A stretch of DNA of 64,000 nt. Source: a virus. The stretch spans positions 1-64,000 of IMG/VR virus record IMGVR_UViG_3300044825_001003, one strand, 5' to 3'. Numbering within the stretch: position 1 is the stretch's first letter; each line of letters opens with the position of its first letter. Below, in pieces: positions 9,441-17,490 of this stretch. The notes under the pieces were generated by a model. That model had not been told where the DNA came from. It saw only the letters and a program-made list of their open reading frames with translations, and did not search any database. Both the position numbers and the translations under genes were made by a program.

Positions 9441-9569
9441 CTACTTTCTTCTCCAGCACAGTAGAATATAGGATACACCAGTCGCCATGATCGGCGCAAG
9501 CGTAGGCCAGTTCCTCACAGAAAAAACCCCATGCACAGGGCAGAAAAGGAATTCATAAACGTCGTTCAT
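9441..9569 (-). CDS. Small hypothetical protein
   Basis: MNDVYEFLFCPVHG...; RBS GGAG; coupled to the upstream stop. Confidence 0.5.
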   Translation of the reverse strand: MNDVYEFLFCPVHGVFSVRNWPTLAPIMATGVSYILLCWRRK

Positions 9570-9571
9570 GG

Positions 9572-9808
9572 TTAAGTCTCCCGTTCGATCTTTGTAATGG
9601 TTCCGTCGTCCTCGACGTAGATGTTGGTCCGGAGGAGAACGTCGAGCGCTCCGTCCGTAAACAGACTGGCCTTGATTCTGCTGCCGGGGTATCGCCTTTT
9701 CGCTTCCGGCTGGCATCCAGTGAAGGTGTCGCCAACTTGCAAGGATGCCGCCCACATTTTTCCCTGCATTAAGGCCGTGTGCAATTCGATAATCTCGTTA
9801 TCAACCAT
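9572..9808 (-). CDS. Hypothetical protein
   Basis: MVDNEIIELH...; fills the operon gap. Confidence 0.6.
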   Translation of the reverse strand: MVDNEIIELHTALMQGKMWAASLQVGDTFTGCQPEAKRRYPGSRIKASLFTDGALDVLLRTNIYVEDDGTITKIERET

Positions 9809-9810
9809 GA

Positions 9811-10713
9811 TTAGAACTCCACGTCGATTAGCCCGCAATTAAAGACGGGCAGGTTAAGGGGTTGCCAGCACTCGCGGATCACCTGCGGGCGGTCGTCGAA
9901 TACGGCAAAGACGTTGTACTTATCCTTGATATGCGTCTCGTACATCTCACGCTTTACCTCGCTATCACGCCGCTTGTTGTCCTTGCCGCGCATGACGAGG
10001 CTGTAGTTAAGCGCACTGAACCCGCAGGTTAAATCCAGGGCTTTCTTGGTATCGCTAATGCAATTCTCTGATCTCCCGGTGAAAAAGAAAACCATGAATC
10101 CATACCGATGCGTTAAGGCTATGATGGTAGAAAGTACATGAAGTCTAACGTCATCGCCCAATACTTTGGTTTCGTCGTATGGATTCCGGTCTTTTGGATC
10201 GAATAGAGTTCCATCCAGATCGCAGATAATACATTCGGGTAGTTTATTAGGCTTGAAATTCGGCAGCGTTCGCCGTTCTCGCCCTTCCTTGTGCTTCTTC
10301 CACATCTTACGGATGACCTCCTCTCCTACTTGCTCGTGGCCAGTGCGGAGGGAATCGCGCCGGATACACTCGTTAACCGGGACCATCGTGAAGTCCACTA
10401 GCTCGACCTCGTACCCCAGGGATTTGCACAGTTCCACTGTCTTGTCGAGCGTGTCACGGTTCATGTGGGTATTGTCCACGATGATGTCCCACTCGACCTT
10501 AGAGAACGCCGTTATCATCCCCTCGCGGAGCCGCCTGACCGTATTCTCTACATCCTTATTCCACTCGCGGTTACCGCGTTCTTCGTAAATCTCGTTACGG
10601 ATGGAGTCGTTGTTAACGATGCGGAATTCGGGGATACCCAGTTCTCGAACCTTGTTCCGCGCCCATGTGGACTTCCCACTGGCGGGAAGTCCTACTGTGA
10701 TGTATGCTTTCAT
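9811..10713 (-). CDS. pseT: Polynucleotide 5'-kinase / 3'-phosphatase (T4 PseT-like)
   Basis: GLPASGKST P-loop, DNT, then a HAD domain with CDLDGTL, TGR and FDDRPQV. Confidence 0.92.
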   Translation of the reverse strand: MKAYITVGLPASGKSTWARNKVRELGIPEFRIVNNDSIRNEIYEERGNREWNKDVENTVRRLREGMITAFSKVEWDIIVDNTHMNRDTLDKTVELCKSLGYEVELVDFTMVPVNECIRRDSLRTGHEQVGEEVIRKMWKKHKEGRERRTLPNFKPNKLPECIICDLDGTLFDPKDRNPYDETKVLGDDVRLHVLSTIIALTHRYGFMVFFFTGRSENCISDTKKALDLTCGFSALNYSLVMRGKDNKRRDSEVKREMYETHIKDKYNVFAVFDDRPQVIRECWQPLNLPVFNCGLIDVEF

Positions 10714-10715
10714 GG

Positions 10716-10928
10716 TTACTTAATCCTCCAGATCCTTACTTCTTTATCGCTCACCGTGCGGATCTTTAGCTTAAACCCGCACCGCCTCGCTACCTCTCCA
10801 GCCGATGTGTGAACGGTTTGTCGCACCTTGAACTCGGTTACAACTAGGCAGTCACCTACCTCTAGCTTCCTCACTTCGGAGGCTATACTCGGCTGAGGCG
10901 TTAAGTCTTTTCTAATCTCTAGCTTCAT
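10716..10928 (-). CDS. Small basic hypothetical protein (possibly DNA-binding)
   Basis: LEVGD...VRIWRIK pattern; RBS AAAGGAGAAC. Confidence 0.7.
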   Translation of the reverse strand: MKLEIRKDLTPQPSIASEVRKLEVGDCLVVTEFKVRQTVHTSAGEVARRCGFKLKIRTVSDKEVRIWRIK

Positions 10929-10940
10929 CGTGTTCTCCTT

Positions 10941-11183
10941 TTACTGAAACTTCAACAGTTCCCATTCCTTTCTGGTGAAGCTCTCGCTAACCTTGGTTAG
11001 CAGTCCCCACTTCTTCGCCGTCACTCTGGCGGCTTCAAGCGCGGCGATATCGTGGTTATCCTCACGGCTGACCTCTCGGTTGACCTTTAAGGTAAACCGC
11101 TGCTTGCCGTTAATGTAGACGGCGATGCAATCCAGCTTGCGCTTCCGGTTCCGCTCGGTGGTTCTGATTTTAATGGTTTCCAT
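10941..11183 (-). CDS. Small basic hypothetical protein
   Basis: Strong RBS AAAGGAGAA. Confidence 0.7.
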   Translation of the reverse strand: METIKIRTTERNRKRKLDCIAVYINGKQRFTLKVNREVSREDNHDIAALEAARVTAKKWGLLTKVSESFTRKEWELLKFQ

Positions 11184-11280
11184 TGTGGTTAATTCTCCTT
11201 TGATTTATCGACGTAGTAATCCACGTCCCCCAGTCCACTAGTCCAACGGATTGGATGAATGGACTGGAAGGGAGGACTGG

Positions 11281-11727
11281 TTATCTCTTAATCGCGTCTC
11301 TCATTTCCCGCATCTGTTTCAGGGCGTCTGATACCGCTCCGATAGCCTGATCGAGAGTGCGTTTAACCTCCTCGACCTCTGTGCCGATTACCGTAGAGCA
11401 GATATCAAGGTCTGATACGGTGCAGTCTAGGTTAACAGCAGCCTTTGTTGCTCTATCTATCGCCGTCTGTAGAAACACTCGCTCTTTCGAGTGTGCCGCA
11501 GCTCCTTCTTCTAGGGACGGAGCAATTAACCTCTTCTCGTTCGCGTCTGAAAGGAGATCCCCCACGGCCTCCGTGAAGGAATCACACATATATGTCATGC
11601 CCTCCAGGTTCTCGTACTCTACATCCTTGCCGTCTTCTATTGGTCCGAAGACAGTACCAATAAATCGGTTACGAAGGTAGACTTGGACGAATTGATTTCC
11701 CTTGTCGTATTTGTAGGTGATCTTCAT
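11281..11727 (-). CDS. Hypothetical protein
   Basis: ORF with RBS AAGGGA. Confidence 0.65.
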   Translation of the reverse strand: MKITYKYDKGNQFVQVYLRNRFIGTVFGPIEDGKDVEYENLEGMTYMCDSFTEAVGDLLSDANEKRLIAPSLEEGAAAHSKERVFLQTAIDRATKAAVNLDCTVSDLDICSTVIGTEVEEVKRTLDQAIGAVSDALKQMREMRDAIKR

Positions 11728-11891
11728 GGTTAGTCCCTTGTAGTCCAGGCCGCGAACCCCGCCGTCATGATGACGCCCAGGATTCCCAGTCTGGTAGCTT
11801 CCGGTGTGCCGCTGGTTACTCCAGCGACAATTATGGACATTGAGGCGACTAGTCCTGCCGCGCAGATAAGGGCTGTCTCGTTAGTCATTGG

Positions 11892-12098
11892 CTAGTTCTC
11901 CCTTGTGTATGCTGGGATAAACCCCCAGCGGTTAGTGTGTACGGGGTTAACTTCGGTTAGCTTGGGGTTAGCGCCGAAGGCGTAATTGCCAAACAGGTCC
12001 ATTGGTCGGGGAGGTGCCGAATGTTGGCACATATAGAACACCTCCCCGTTAATCATGCAGGGATGCTGAGGGCAGCAGAGCCGATTAGGCCAGCTCAT
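11892..12098 (-). CDS. Small hypothetical protein
   Basis: ATGA overlap with 12095..12388. Confidence 0.55.
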   Translation of the reverse strand: MSWPNRLCCPQHPCMINGEVFYMCQHSAPPRPMDLFGNYAFGANPKLTEVNPVHTNRWGFIPAYTREN

Positions 12099-12388
12099 CG
12101 CCCTAGTTCCTCGTTAAGCCAAGCCCAGTTTGTAGCGTCCGTCCATGGGAGGCGCGGCTCGTATTTGCCGTTTTCGCCGTATACGCTGTAATTGTCGCTA
12201 CAGCATCCGCAGCCGTTAGTTTGCTCCTCTAAGTTGGTGCCGATCACAACTACACCCCCGGTTTCGCGCCGGATAACCAACCCGATAGGCAAGCTAAACC
12301 ACGGCCAGTCATCATGTTTGATCCACGGCAGCGTCTCGATTGGTTTCCAGTTCAAAGAATTGGCCAGTCTTTTGAATCGCTCGTTCAT
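12095..12388 (-). CDS. Hypothetical protein (paralogue of 6132..6374)
   Basis: LNWKPIETLPW...LPIGLVI...GGVVVIG...WAWLNE; RBS GGAGG. Confidence 0.7.
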   Translation of the reverse strand: MNERFKRLANSLNWKPIETLPWIKHDDWPWFSLPIGLVIRRETGGVVVIGTNLEEQTNGCGCCSDNYSVYGENGKYEPRLPWTDATNWAWLNEELGR

Positions 12389-12404
12389 TCATCCTCCATG
12401 TAGA

Positions 12405-12433
12405 ATGTTAACAGTTTGCGCGGTTATTGTCAA
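12405..12433 (-). promoter_or_regulatory. sigma70-like early promoter
   Basis: TTGACA-17 nt-TAACAT with an extended TG. Confidence 0.7.
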
Positions 12434-12495
12434 TGCCGATATTCATTTTGAACGTAGAATTATTCGGCGGTTACTGTTAAATCAGTAGTGGGTGG

Positions 12496-13194
12496 TTAGC
12501 CCACTACTTCCAGGCAATTGTGGCAGAGCAGGGCGTGGGAGTATGCCTGAGATTGGAATAGCGGCTCCAATTGCCCGCACCAGTCGCAATAGCTGGTTAC
12601 GGCGCGGTCATAGTCGGTTATGGCGGGCGTGATCTTGGAGGGGGTGTAGTGGTACGTTTTGCGGCGGATTAGAGAATCCTCATTACTGAACCATATACCC
12701 TTGCGCCACAGGCCGCTCGATTCGTTAATGATGGTTAGCGCACCGCTGGCTGCGAGGAAGGTGAGTTTATTCCGTCTGCCTATTTGCCGTCCGATAGCGG
12801 CAGAGAATGATTTGCTGGTAATGTCGCGTTCGGTTACGTTGGCCAGTCGCAACTCGCGGGCGAAGTGCCATGTATCAGACATGGCGGGGTTATCGCATTT
12901 AATGTCCAATACCCCGTTATGCGCCATGAACAGGCGGCGGTTAATGCGGAAGGGGTGACAGTTGTTCGTGTTAACCGCGCCATGCGTAGCCCAGCGGGTG
13001 TGTACGACATGGGGATGCTCTACCGCTTCCTGATAGGCCAGTTTGAGCTTGGATAGGGTTAGCCCGCGCCGGACGGTTACCGCGCCGTTACGGGCGAACA
13101 TGACGCCCCAACCATCCGGGTTGTTGTCATAGGCGGTTTCGAGAATGTCGGGGGAGACGGCGCTCCCCTCCGGTGATGCGATGATAAGGCACAT
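12496..13194 (-). CDS. Class II (Ntn) glutamine amidotransferase, copy B
   Basis: MCLII, NPDGWG, HTRWATHG, NCHPF, AHNGV, SDTWHF, WFSN; C-terminal CxxC..CxxC. Confidence 0.92.
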   Translation of the reverse strand: MCLIIASPEGSAVSPDILETAYDNNPDGWGVMFARNGAVTVRRGLTLSKLKLAYQEAVEHPHVVHTRWATHGAVNTNNCHPFRINRRLFMAHNGVLDIKCDNPAMSDTWHFARELRLANVTERDITSKSFSAAIGRQIGRRNKLTFLAASGALTIINESSGLWRKGIWFSNEDSLIRRKTYHYTPSKITPAITDYDRAVTSYCDWCGQLEPLFQSQAYSHALLCHNCLEVVG

Positions 13195-13196
13195 GG

Positions 13197-14438
13197 TTAG
13201 TTGTCCTCTCCGGTGTTTTCCGCGCCGATAAAGGCGTTCAGATTAGGATACTGCTTACGGTTATCGGCGACGAATTTGATGAAATCCTCCCCGCGCAACT
13301 CCCGATAGCTCCGGTCGCGGGTAAATTCGATGGTCGCCTTTACGAATTCGAGATTTTTGAGGATGCGATCTTTGCGGGTGTTACCCCGGAAGATACGGAA
13401 TTCGATGGTATCGTCGTTTTGCAGGTTAATCGCTTCATAGCGATCATAACTCCGGCCACACTTGCCCATCTTCTTATCGCTCTTCAATCTGGCCCAGCTT
13501 TCACAGTCGCGTTGCGCTACGCGCTTTACCAGCTCCCAGTTTTCCGGCGCGTTAATGAATACCACGATCTTTTGAATATGCATCGGCGTCAATGCGGAGC
13601 GGTTAACATGGACGTGAAAGCCACATCGACCGGAAGTATGGGACGATACGCCCTTGATATTCTCGCGCCAATCGTTAGCCCACAGGGATTTAATGGACTC
13701 CCAATCATGGGGATGCGTCACAATCTCGAATCCCCGCCCAATGCTCCCATCTTCTTTTAGATAGACGTGATCTTCGCCCAGGTTATCCAACGCTTCTTGG
13801 GCGGCGTGATCGAGGTTACGGTCGCTTGCTACGTTAACCTCTAGCTCGCATCCAAAATAAAGCACGCCGTTAGCAGCGCGGTTAGAGCTGGTTTTACCGT
13901 GCCGGAAGAATTCAAGGTCCGGAGAATATCCGTAATTGTGGACTAATCGGCTAGAGTTATTGCCATAGCAATCCTGACAATACGCACCACCGTCATCGTC
14001 GCATAGGACGTCATCTCCGGGCACCAGGATACCGCAATCTTCGCAGCGACAATAATTATCTCGGCAGCTCTCGCATATTTCGCCGCCGTTATGTTCACCG
14101 CAGCTATGGCGGTTATGGCACAATTCGGTACAATCGACGCAGGTAAACGTATTTTCGCGCCAGCAGCGGTTACAGCCGATGTTAGTACGCCCCCAGCCGC
14201 CCCCGGCCATCCGTAGTTCAATCTCACCGTTATAGCTAAGGTCATCTTCCGGCACGTCACGCCCGCATGACGGACATTCGACGCGCTTAGGTTCCCTATC
14301 CGCGCAATCCTCGCAGATATCCAGGGCGGCAACTAGGTCGCCGTTAGCATCTTCTATTACCGGATCGCCATAGTCGGCATCGTGCATCGTGCCATGATTA
14401 ACGATATGCTCGTGGCAGCAAACGCAGGTTATCGGCAT
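13197..14438 (-). CDS. Amidoligase (COOH-NH2 ligase) with N-terminal Zn-ribbon repeats, copy B
   Basis: FGCELEV, KEDGSIGRGFEIVTHP, CGFHVHV, DRYEAIN, TIEFRIFRG. Confidence 0.9.
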   Translation of the reverse strand: MPITCVCCHEHIVNHGTMHDADYGDPVIEDANGDLVAALDICEDCADREPKRVECPSCGRDVPEDDLSYNGEIELRMAGGGWGRTNIGCNRCWRENTFTCVDCTELCHNRHSCGEHNGGEICESCRDNYCRCEDCGILVPGDDVLCDDDGGAYCQDCYGNNSSRLVHNYGYSPDLEFFRHGKTSSNRAANGVLYFGCELEVNVASDRNLDHAAQEALDNLGEDHVYLKEDGSIGRGFEIVTHPHDWESIKSLWANDWRENIKGVSSHTSGRCGFHVHVNRSALTPMHIQKIVVFINAPENWELVKRVAQRDCESWARLKSDKKMGKCGRSYDRYEAINLQNDDTIEFRIFRGNTRKDRILKNLEFVKATIEFTRDRSYRELRGEDFIKFVADNRKQYPNLNAFIGAENTGEDN

Positions 14439-14471
14439 TGTCGGTTAGCTCCTTTATTCGGTTATTCGGGT

Positions 14472-14524
14472 TAATGCAACCGTCCCGGCGCACTATCGGG
14501 TTAATGCGCCGGATGGTAGCACTA
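14472..14524 (-). other. Conserved intergenic RNA hairpin, copy 1
   Basis: Minus strand TAGTGCTACCATCCGGCGCATTA-loop-TAGTGCGCCGGGACGGTTGCATTA; related copy at 15669-15722. Confidence 0.6.
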
Positions 14525-14528
14525 GCGG

Positions 14529-14705
14529 TTATGTGTGAATATATCCGTCTGGTTCCACGCCCCAAAACATCCCGGCGTGGGTAAACGTATAGCACCCCAT
14601 GAGAGGGGAAAAAGTGAGGCGCGATAGGATATCGGCAGCCACGGGCGGATCGAACCGCTTTATAATTGCGTCGGTTACGGGTGCGGGGATTAAATTCTGG
14701 TTCAT
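14529..14705 (-). CDS. Small hypothetical protein (58 aa, below the ORF-track cutoff)
   Basis: MNQNLIPAPVTDAIIKRF...AGMFWGVEPDGYIHT; RBS AAAGGA and a promoter upstream. Confidence 0.7.
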   Translation of the reverse strand: MNQNLIPAPVTDAIIKRFDPPVAADILSRLTFSPLMGCYTFTHAGMFWGVEPDGYIHT

Positions 14706-14724
14706 TGGGTTATTCCTTTATGGG

Positions 14725-14753
14725 ATTATGCGCCGTTATGGGCGGGATTGCAA
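14725..14753 (-). promoter_or_regulatory. sigma70-like early promoter
   Basis: TTGCAA-17 nt-CATAAT. Confidence 0.65.
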
Positions 14754-14854
14754 GGGTTTAACGGTTACCGGGGACGCCGGTTATGGCGCGATTGGTTAAC
14801 CCGGCAGCGGCTATTTTGGCCGCTGCCAGGTTCCCGCCAGGTTTTGCGCCGGTG

Positions 14855-15397
14855 CTATTCGTATCGCGGGCGGCGTTCGGGGGTGAATTCCGGCGGGGTG
14901 TCGCGGTTAATGCGCGCGACATATACGCCGTCAGATAGAACGGATGAAATATCACGCTTCCCTTCATTTGGCCCCCATAGGCGGCTATCCAGCTTGTTGT
15001 TAAGGCGGGTTGTATACTGGCGGGCGGCGCGATGCGTTCGGAACCGTCGCAGGGATCGGGCTAGTTGCGCGGTGTTGTACCACCAACCGCCTTCTTCCCC
15101 TCCCCCGTAGGCCATGTCTTCCAGGTAGACTGACACGATATAGCGGCCCGTGCCGGGGATAGCCCGAAGGCGGGCGATGCGGGCAGCTTCCCGTTCGGCG
15201 GCAGCGCGGCGTTCGGTTTCGAGTTGCGCGGCGGCGGCGGCGCGGGCATCCAGTAATGCGCGGCGGGCTTCCCCGCTATCGAACATGGCGGCGATATTCT
15301 CGCAAGTATCCAGTTCTTTAACCCATTGGGCCGTGCTGTAATAGCGGGTGCGGAGCCGTTCTAGGATGCTAACGGCGCGTTCGTAGGTGATAGGCAT
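14855..15397 (-). CDS. Early hypothetical protein
   Basis: C-terminal VSVYLEDMAYGGGEEGGWWY motif; coupled to the upstream gene. Confidence 0.7.
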   Translation of the reverse strand: MPITYERAVSILERLRTRYYSTAQWVKELDTCENIAAMFDSGEARRALLDARAAAAAQLETERRAAAEREAARIARLRAIPGTGRYIVSVYLEDMAYGGGEEGGWWYNTAQLARSLRRFRTHRAARQYTTRLNNKLDSRLWGPNEGKRDISSVLSDGVYVARINRDTPPEFTPERRPRYE

Positions 15398-15639
15398 TAT
15401 TCGGCCCCCGGTAGCGCCGTAAAAACATATCCGGTAGCCGTGAACCCGCCGTTAAGTTCTGGTAGCGTGATCCAATTGGCGGAGGCGTACATACGAGCGG
15501 CCTCCAGATGATTGGCCGCTATCCCTAGCTCGTAATTCCAGGGATAATACCGCCGCTTATATCCGGCGGCGGATACGCTGATCCGGGACGGCAAGGTGTT
15601 GGTTGCGCCGTGATAGCGCGTGATAATAGCAGAGTACAT
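15397..15639 (-). CDS. Early hypothetical protein
   Basis: AIITRYHGATNTLPSRI; RBS GGAGAA. Confidence 0.7.
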   Translation of the reverse strand: MYSAIITRYHGATNTLPSRISVSAAGYKRRYYPWNYELGIAANHLEAARMYASANWITLPELNGGFTATGYVFTALPGAE

Positions 15640-15668
15640 GATAATTCTCCGTGGTTTGGTTTGAGGCG

Positions 15669-15722
15669 TAATGCTGCCGCCCCGTTACCCCGCCCGCCGC
15701 GAGATACCGGATGGAAGCACTA
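15669..15722 (-). other. Conserved intergenic RNA hairpin, copy 2
   Basis: Minus strand TAGTGCTTCCATCCGG...ACGGGGCGGCAGCATTA. Confidence 0.55.
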
Positions 15723-15727
15723 CTGAT

Positions 15728-16099
15728 TTAAGAGTAGTTGCCGCGTTCTACGATATCGCCCCAGCAACCGACCTTATAATCCCCGTTGACGCGCATAAGG
15801 GTAACGGCGTAAGTATCGCCCGCGTTGACGTATTCAATCGACGGGGAACGCTTCCCCCGTCCGGCGGGGATATATTCGACGCCGTATCCCCCGATTATTT
15901 CGGAAGCGATAGATAGTTTAGTAGTGCATAACTCTAGCGGATGGTAGCAGAATTCGTACCACGATTTAGTGAACGGATACTTTCCGCTATCCAGGGCGGC
16001 TTCCAGGGCGTCTCGTTTGGTAATGCTGAGAATGGCGTGCAGTTCGGCGGCGCGTTCGGCGGCGATTGTTTCGAGTTGCTTGATGCTGGGAATCTTCAT
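15728..16099 (-). CDS. Early hypothetical protein
   Basis: GYGVEYI...YVNAGDTYAVT...WGDIVE; RBS AAGGA. Confidence 0.72.
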   Translation of the reverse strand: MKIPSIKQLETIAAERAAELHAILSITKRDALEAALDSGKYPFTKSWYEFCYHPLELCTTKLSIASEIIGGYGVEYIPAGRGKRSPSIEYVNAGDTYAVTLMRVNGDYKVGCWGDIVERGNYS

Positions 16100-16178
16100 G
16101 CTAGTTTTCCTTAGTTGGTTTGAGGCGGTAAACCGCTCAGTCTAGCCCGCGATTGAATAACGGGCTAACCTGAGAAGA

Positions 16179-16475
16179 CTAGTCGCCGTACTGGGCGGTA
16201 TCGAAGCTAATATCCTCAAAATACATACTCTGGATGTAGGCTTCCGCCGCTTCCGCCGTATCGAACGGGCCGGACCAATCGGTACAGTCGAGATATCCAG
16301 GGGCGGATAGGCGGGCGAAATATCCCGATTTAAGGCGCGCGTCGAATTTATCGCACCCCATAATTTTAGCGGCTTCCTCCCAGCCGAAATAGCGGGAATC
16401 TAGCATATCGCCATTGTTTTCGCTCACCCAAAAATGTCCCCGGATAATTTCCGGCTTCATGAAGCTATCAGACAT
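16179..16475 (-). CDS. Early hypothetical protein
   Basis: GYFARLSAPGYLDCTDWSGPF; RBS GGAGGTG. Confidence 0.72.
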   Translation of the reverse strand: MSDSFMKPEIIRGHFWVSENNGDMLDSRYFGWEEAAKIMGCDKFDARLKSGYFARLSAPGYLDCTDWSGPFDTAEAAEAYIQSMYFEDISFDTAQYGD

Positions 16476-16622
16476 TACAGCACCTCCCTGATGACGATAA
16501 GAGCGGCGACGATAACTGCAAGGCAGATACCGTCATAAATCATGTTCAATAGATTCTTCATTGTCTCGTATCCTTTACTCTGTCGTTTTTACTTTACTGC
16601 TACGCGCCCCGGCGGGCGGGGG

Positions 16623-16871
16623 CTAGGCCCCCGGCTCCGTGATGGGCTTAAATGCGTTTACAGTGGGGATTGATTCGGGATCAATGCCCATACGCTTGAC
16701 TGCTTTCTCAGCCGCGCTATGGGCGGCAGTATCCCGTAGATAGGCTAACGCGCTGCCACTTTCGATAGCACCGTAGCGTTTCTCCCAGCAGAGTAACGTG
16801 GCAAGGCGGGCACGTTTCGCGCGTTCTTTTGGAACGCTGATAGCAAACGTGTAGTTCAGGTATTCCTTCAT
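16623..16871 (-). CDS. Early hypothetical protein
   Basis: RBS GGAGA; 82 aa. Confidence 0.6.
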   Translation of the reverse strand: MKEYLNYTFAISVPKERAKRARLATLLCWEKRYGAIESGSALAYLRDTAAHSAAEKAVKRMGIDPESIPTVNAFKPITEPGA

Positions 16872-16935
16872 GTTTTTTCTCCAAATGATTGATTGTAAAC
16901 AAGTTTAGCCCCCCGGCAAGCCGGGAGGCTGGAAA

Positions 16936-17157
16936 CTACTGCGGTAATACGCGCGGCTGGTGCGGCATCATCCAGCCGCGCAGGTCCAGTCCACAAGTCC
17001 AGGCGGCCGCATAAGCGGCCCAAAACGTACAACGGACACGGGAACGGCGAAGAGCGCGGCCCGCTGCGTAAACAGGCTCTTCATTCCGGTAGATATCGGC
17101 CTTAATCGCGGCAACCCGCGCGCGGCGGAAAGATTTGGCGTTCAGTGTGTTTGTCAT
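16936..17157 (-). CDS. First gene of the left arm, probably leaderless
   Basis: TTGACT-16 nt-TATTCT-6 nt-ATG (17157). Confidence 0.6.
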   Translation of the reverse strand: MTNTLNAKSFRRARVAAIKADIYRNEEPVYAAGRALRRSRVRCTFWAAYAAAWTCGLDLRGWMMPHQPRVLPQ

Positions 17158-17262
17158 GGACCTAGAATAACACAACCAAAATTAGAGTCAAGATCTATTT
17201 GTACATAGAATCATTAAACCGGCTTAATCTTCTCATCCTATCATTATTATATATGCGCGATA

Positions 17263-17490
17263 CAGCCGGGGGTGCCGGGGGTGCCATGGCGGGCGGTGCG
17301 GGGAACCGAAACCGGCGCGGGCGGTGCGGGGAACCTGGCAAAACCTGGCGGTGCGGGAACCGGCGGGGAGCCTAGCGGGAACCTGGCGGCGCGGGCGGGC
17401 TGGGAGTGACGCGGGCGGGCGGCGCGGCGGGCTTAGGCGCAGGGGGTCGGGGCGTCGGCACGGCGGGGGCTGGCATGGTGGCGGCCCCCA
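17263..17490 (+). repeat. G-rich tract with GGCGGTGCGGG(G)AACC repeats at the divergence point (candidate terminus/packaging or origin signal)
   Basis: Copies at 17292, 17320 and 17347, partial copy at 17375; extreme G skew; AT-rich flanks on both sides. Confidence 0.7.

Noticed and set aside
9811-10713. Complete tRNA-repair system (Pnk + RNA ligase)
   Set aside because: No RNA ligase is recognisable in the window; only the Pnk can be supported.
12477-15731. 14-bp inverted match TTAAATCAGTAGTG (12477-12490 and 15718-15731) as recombination or dif-like sites
   Set aside because: Several 14-mer matches are expected by chance in 64 kb; no recombinase is present; the fit to dif is poor.
17292-17387. 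CRISPR-like mini-array
   Set aside because: Repeats are about 16 nt with about 12-nt spacers, too short and irregular; no cas genes.
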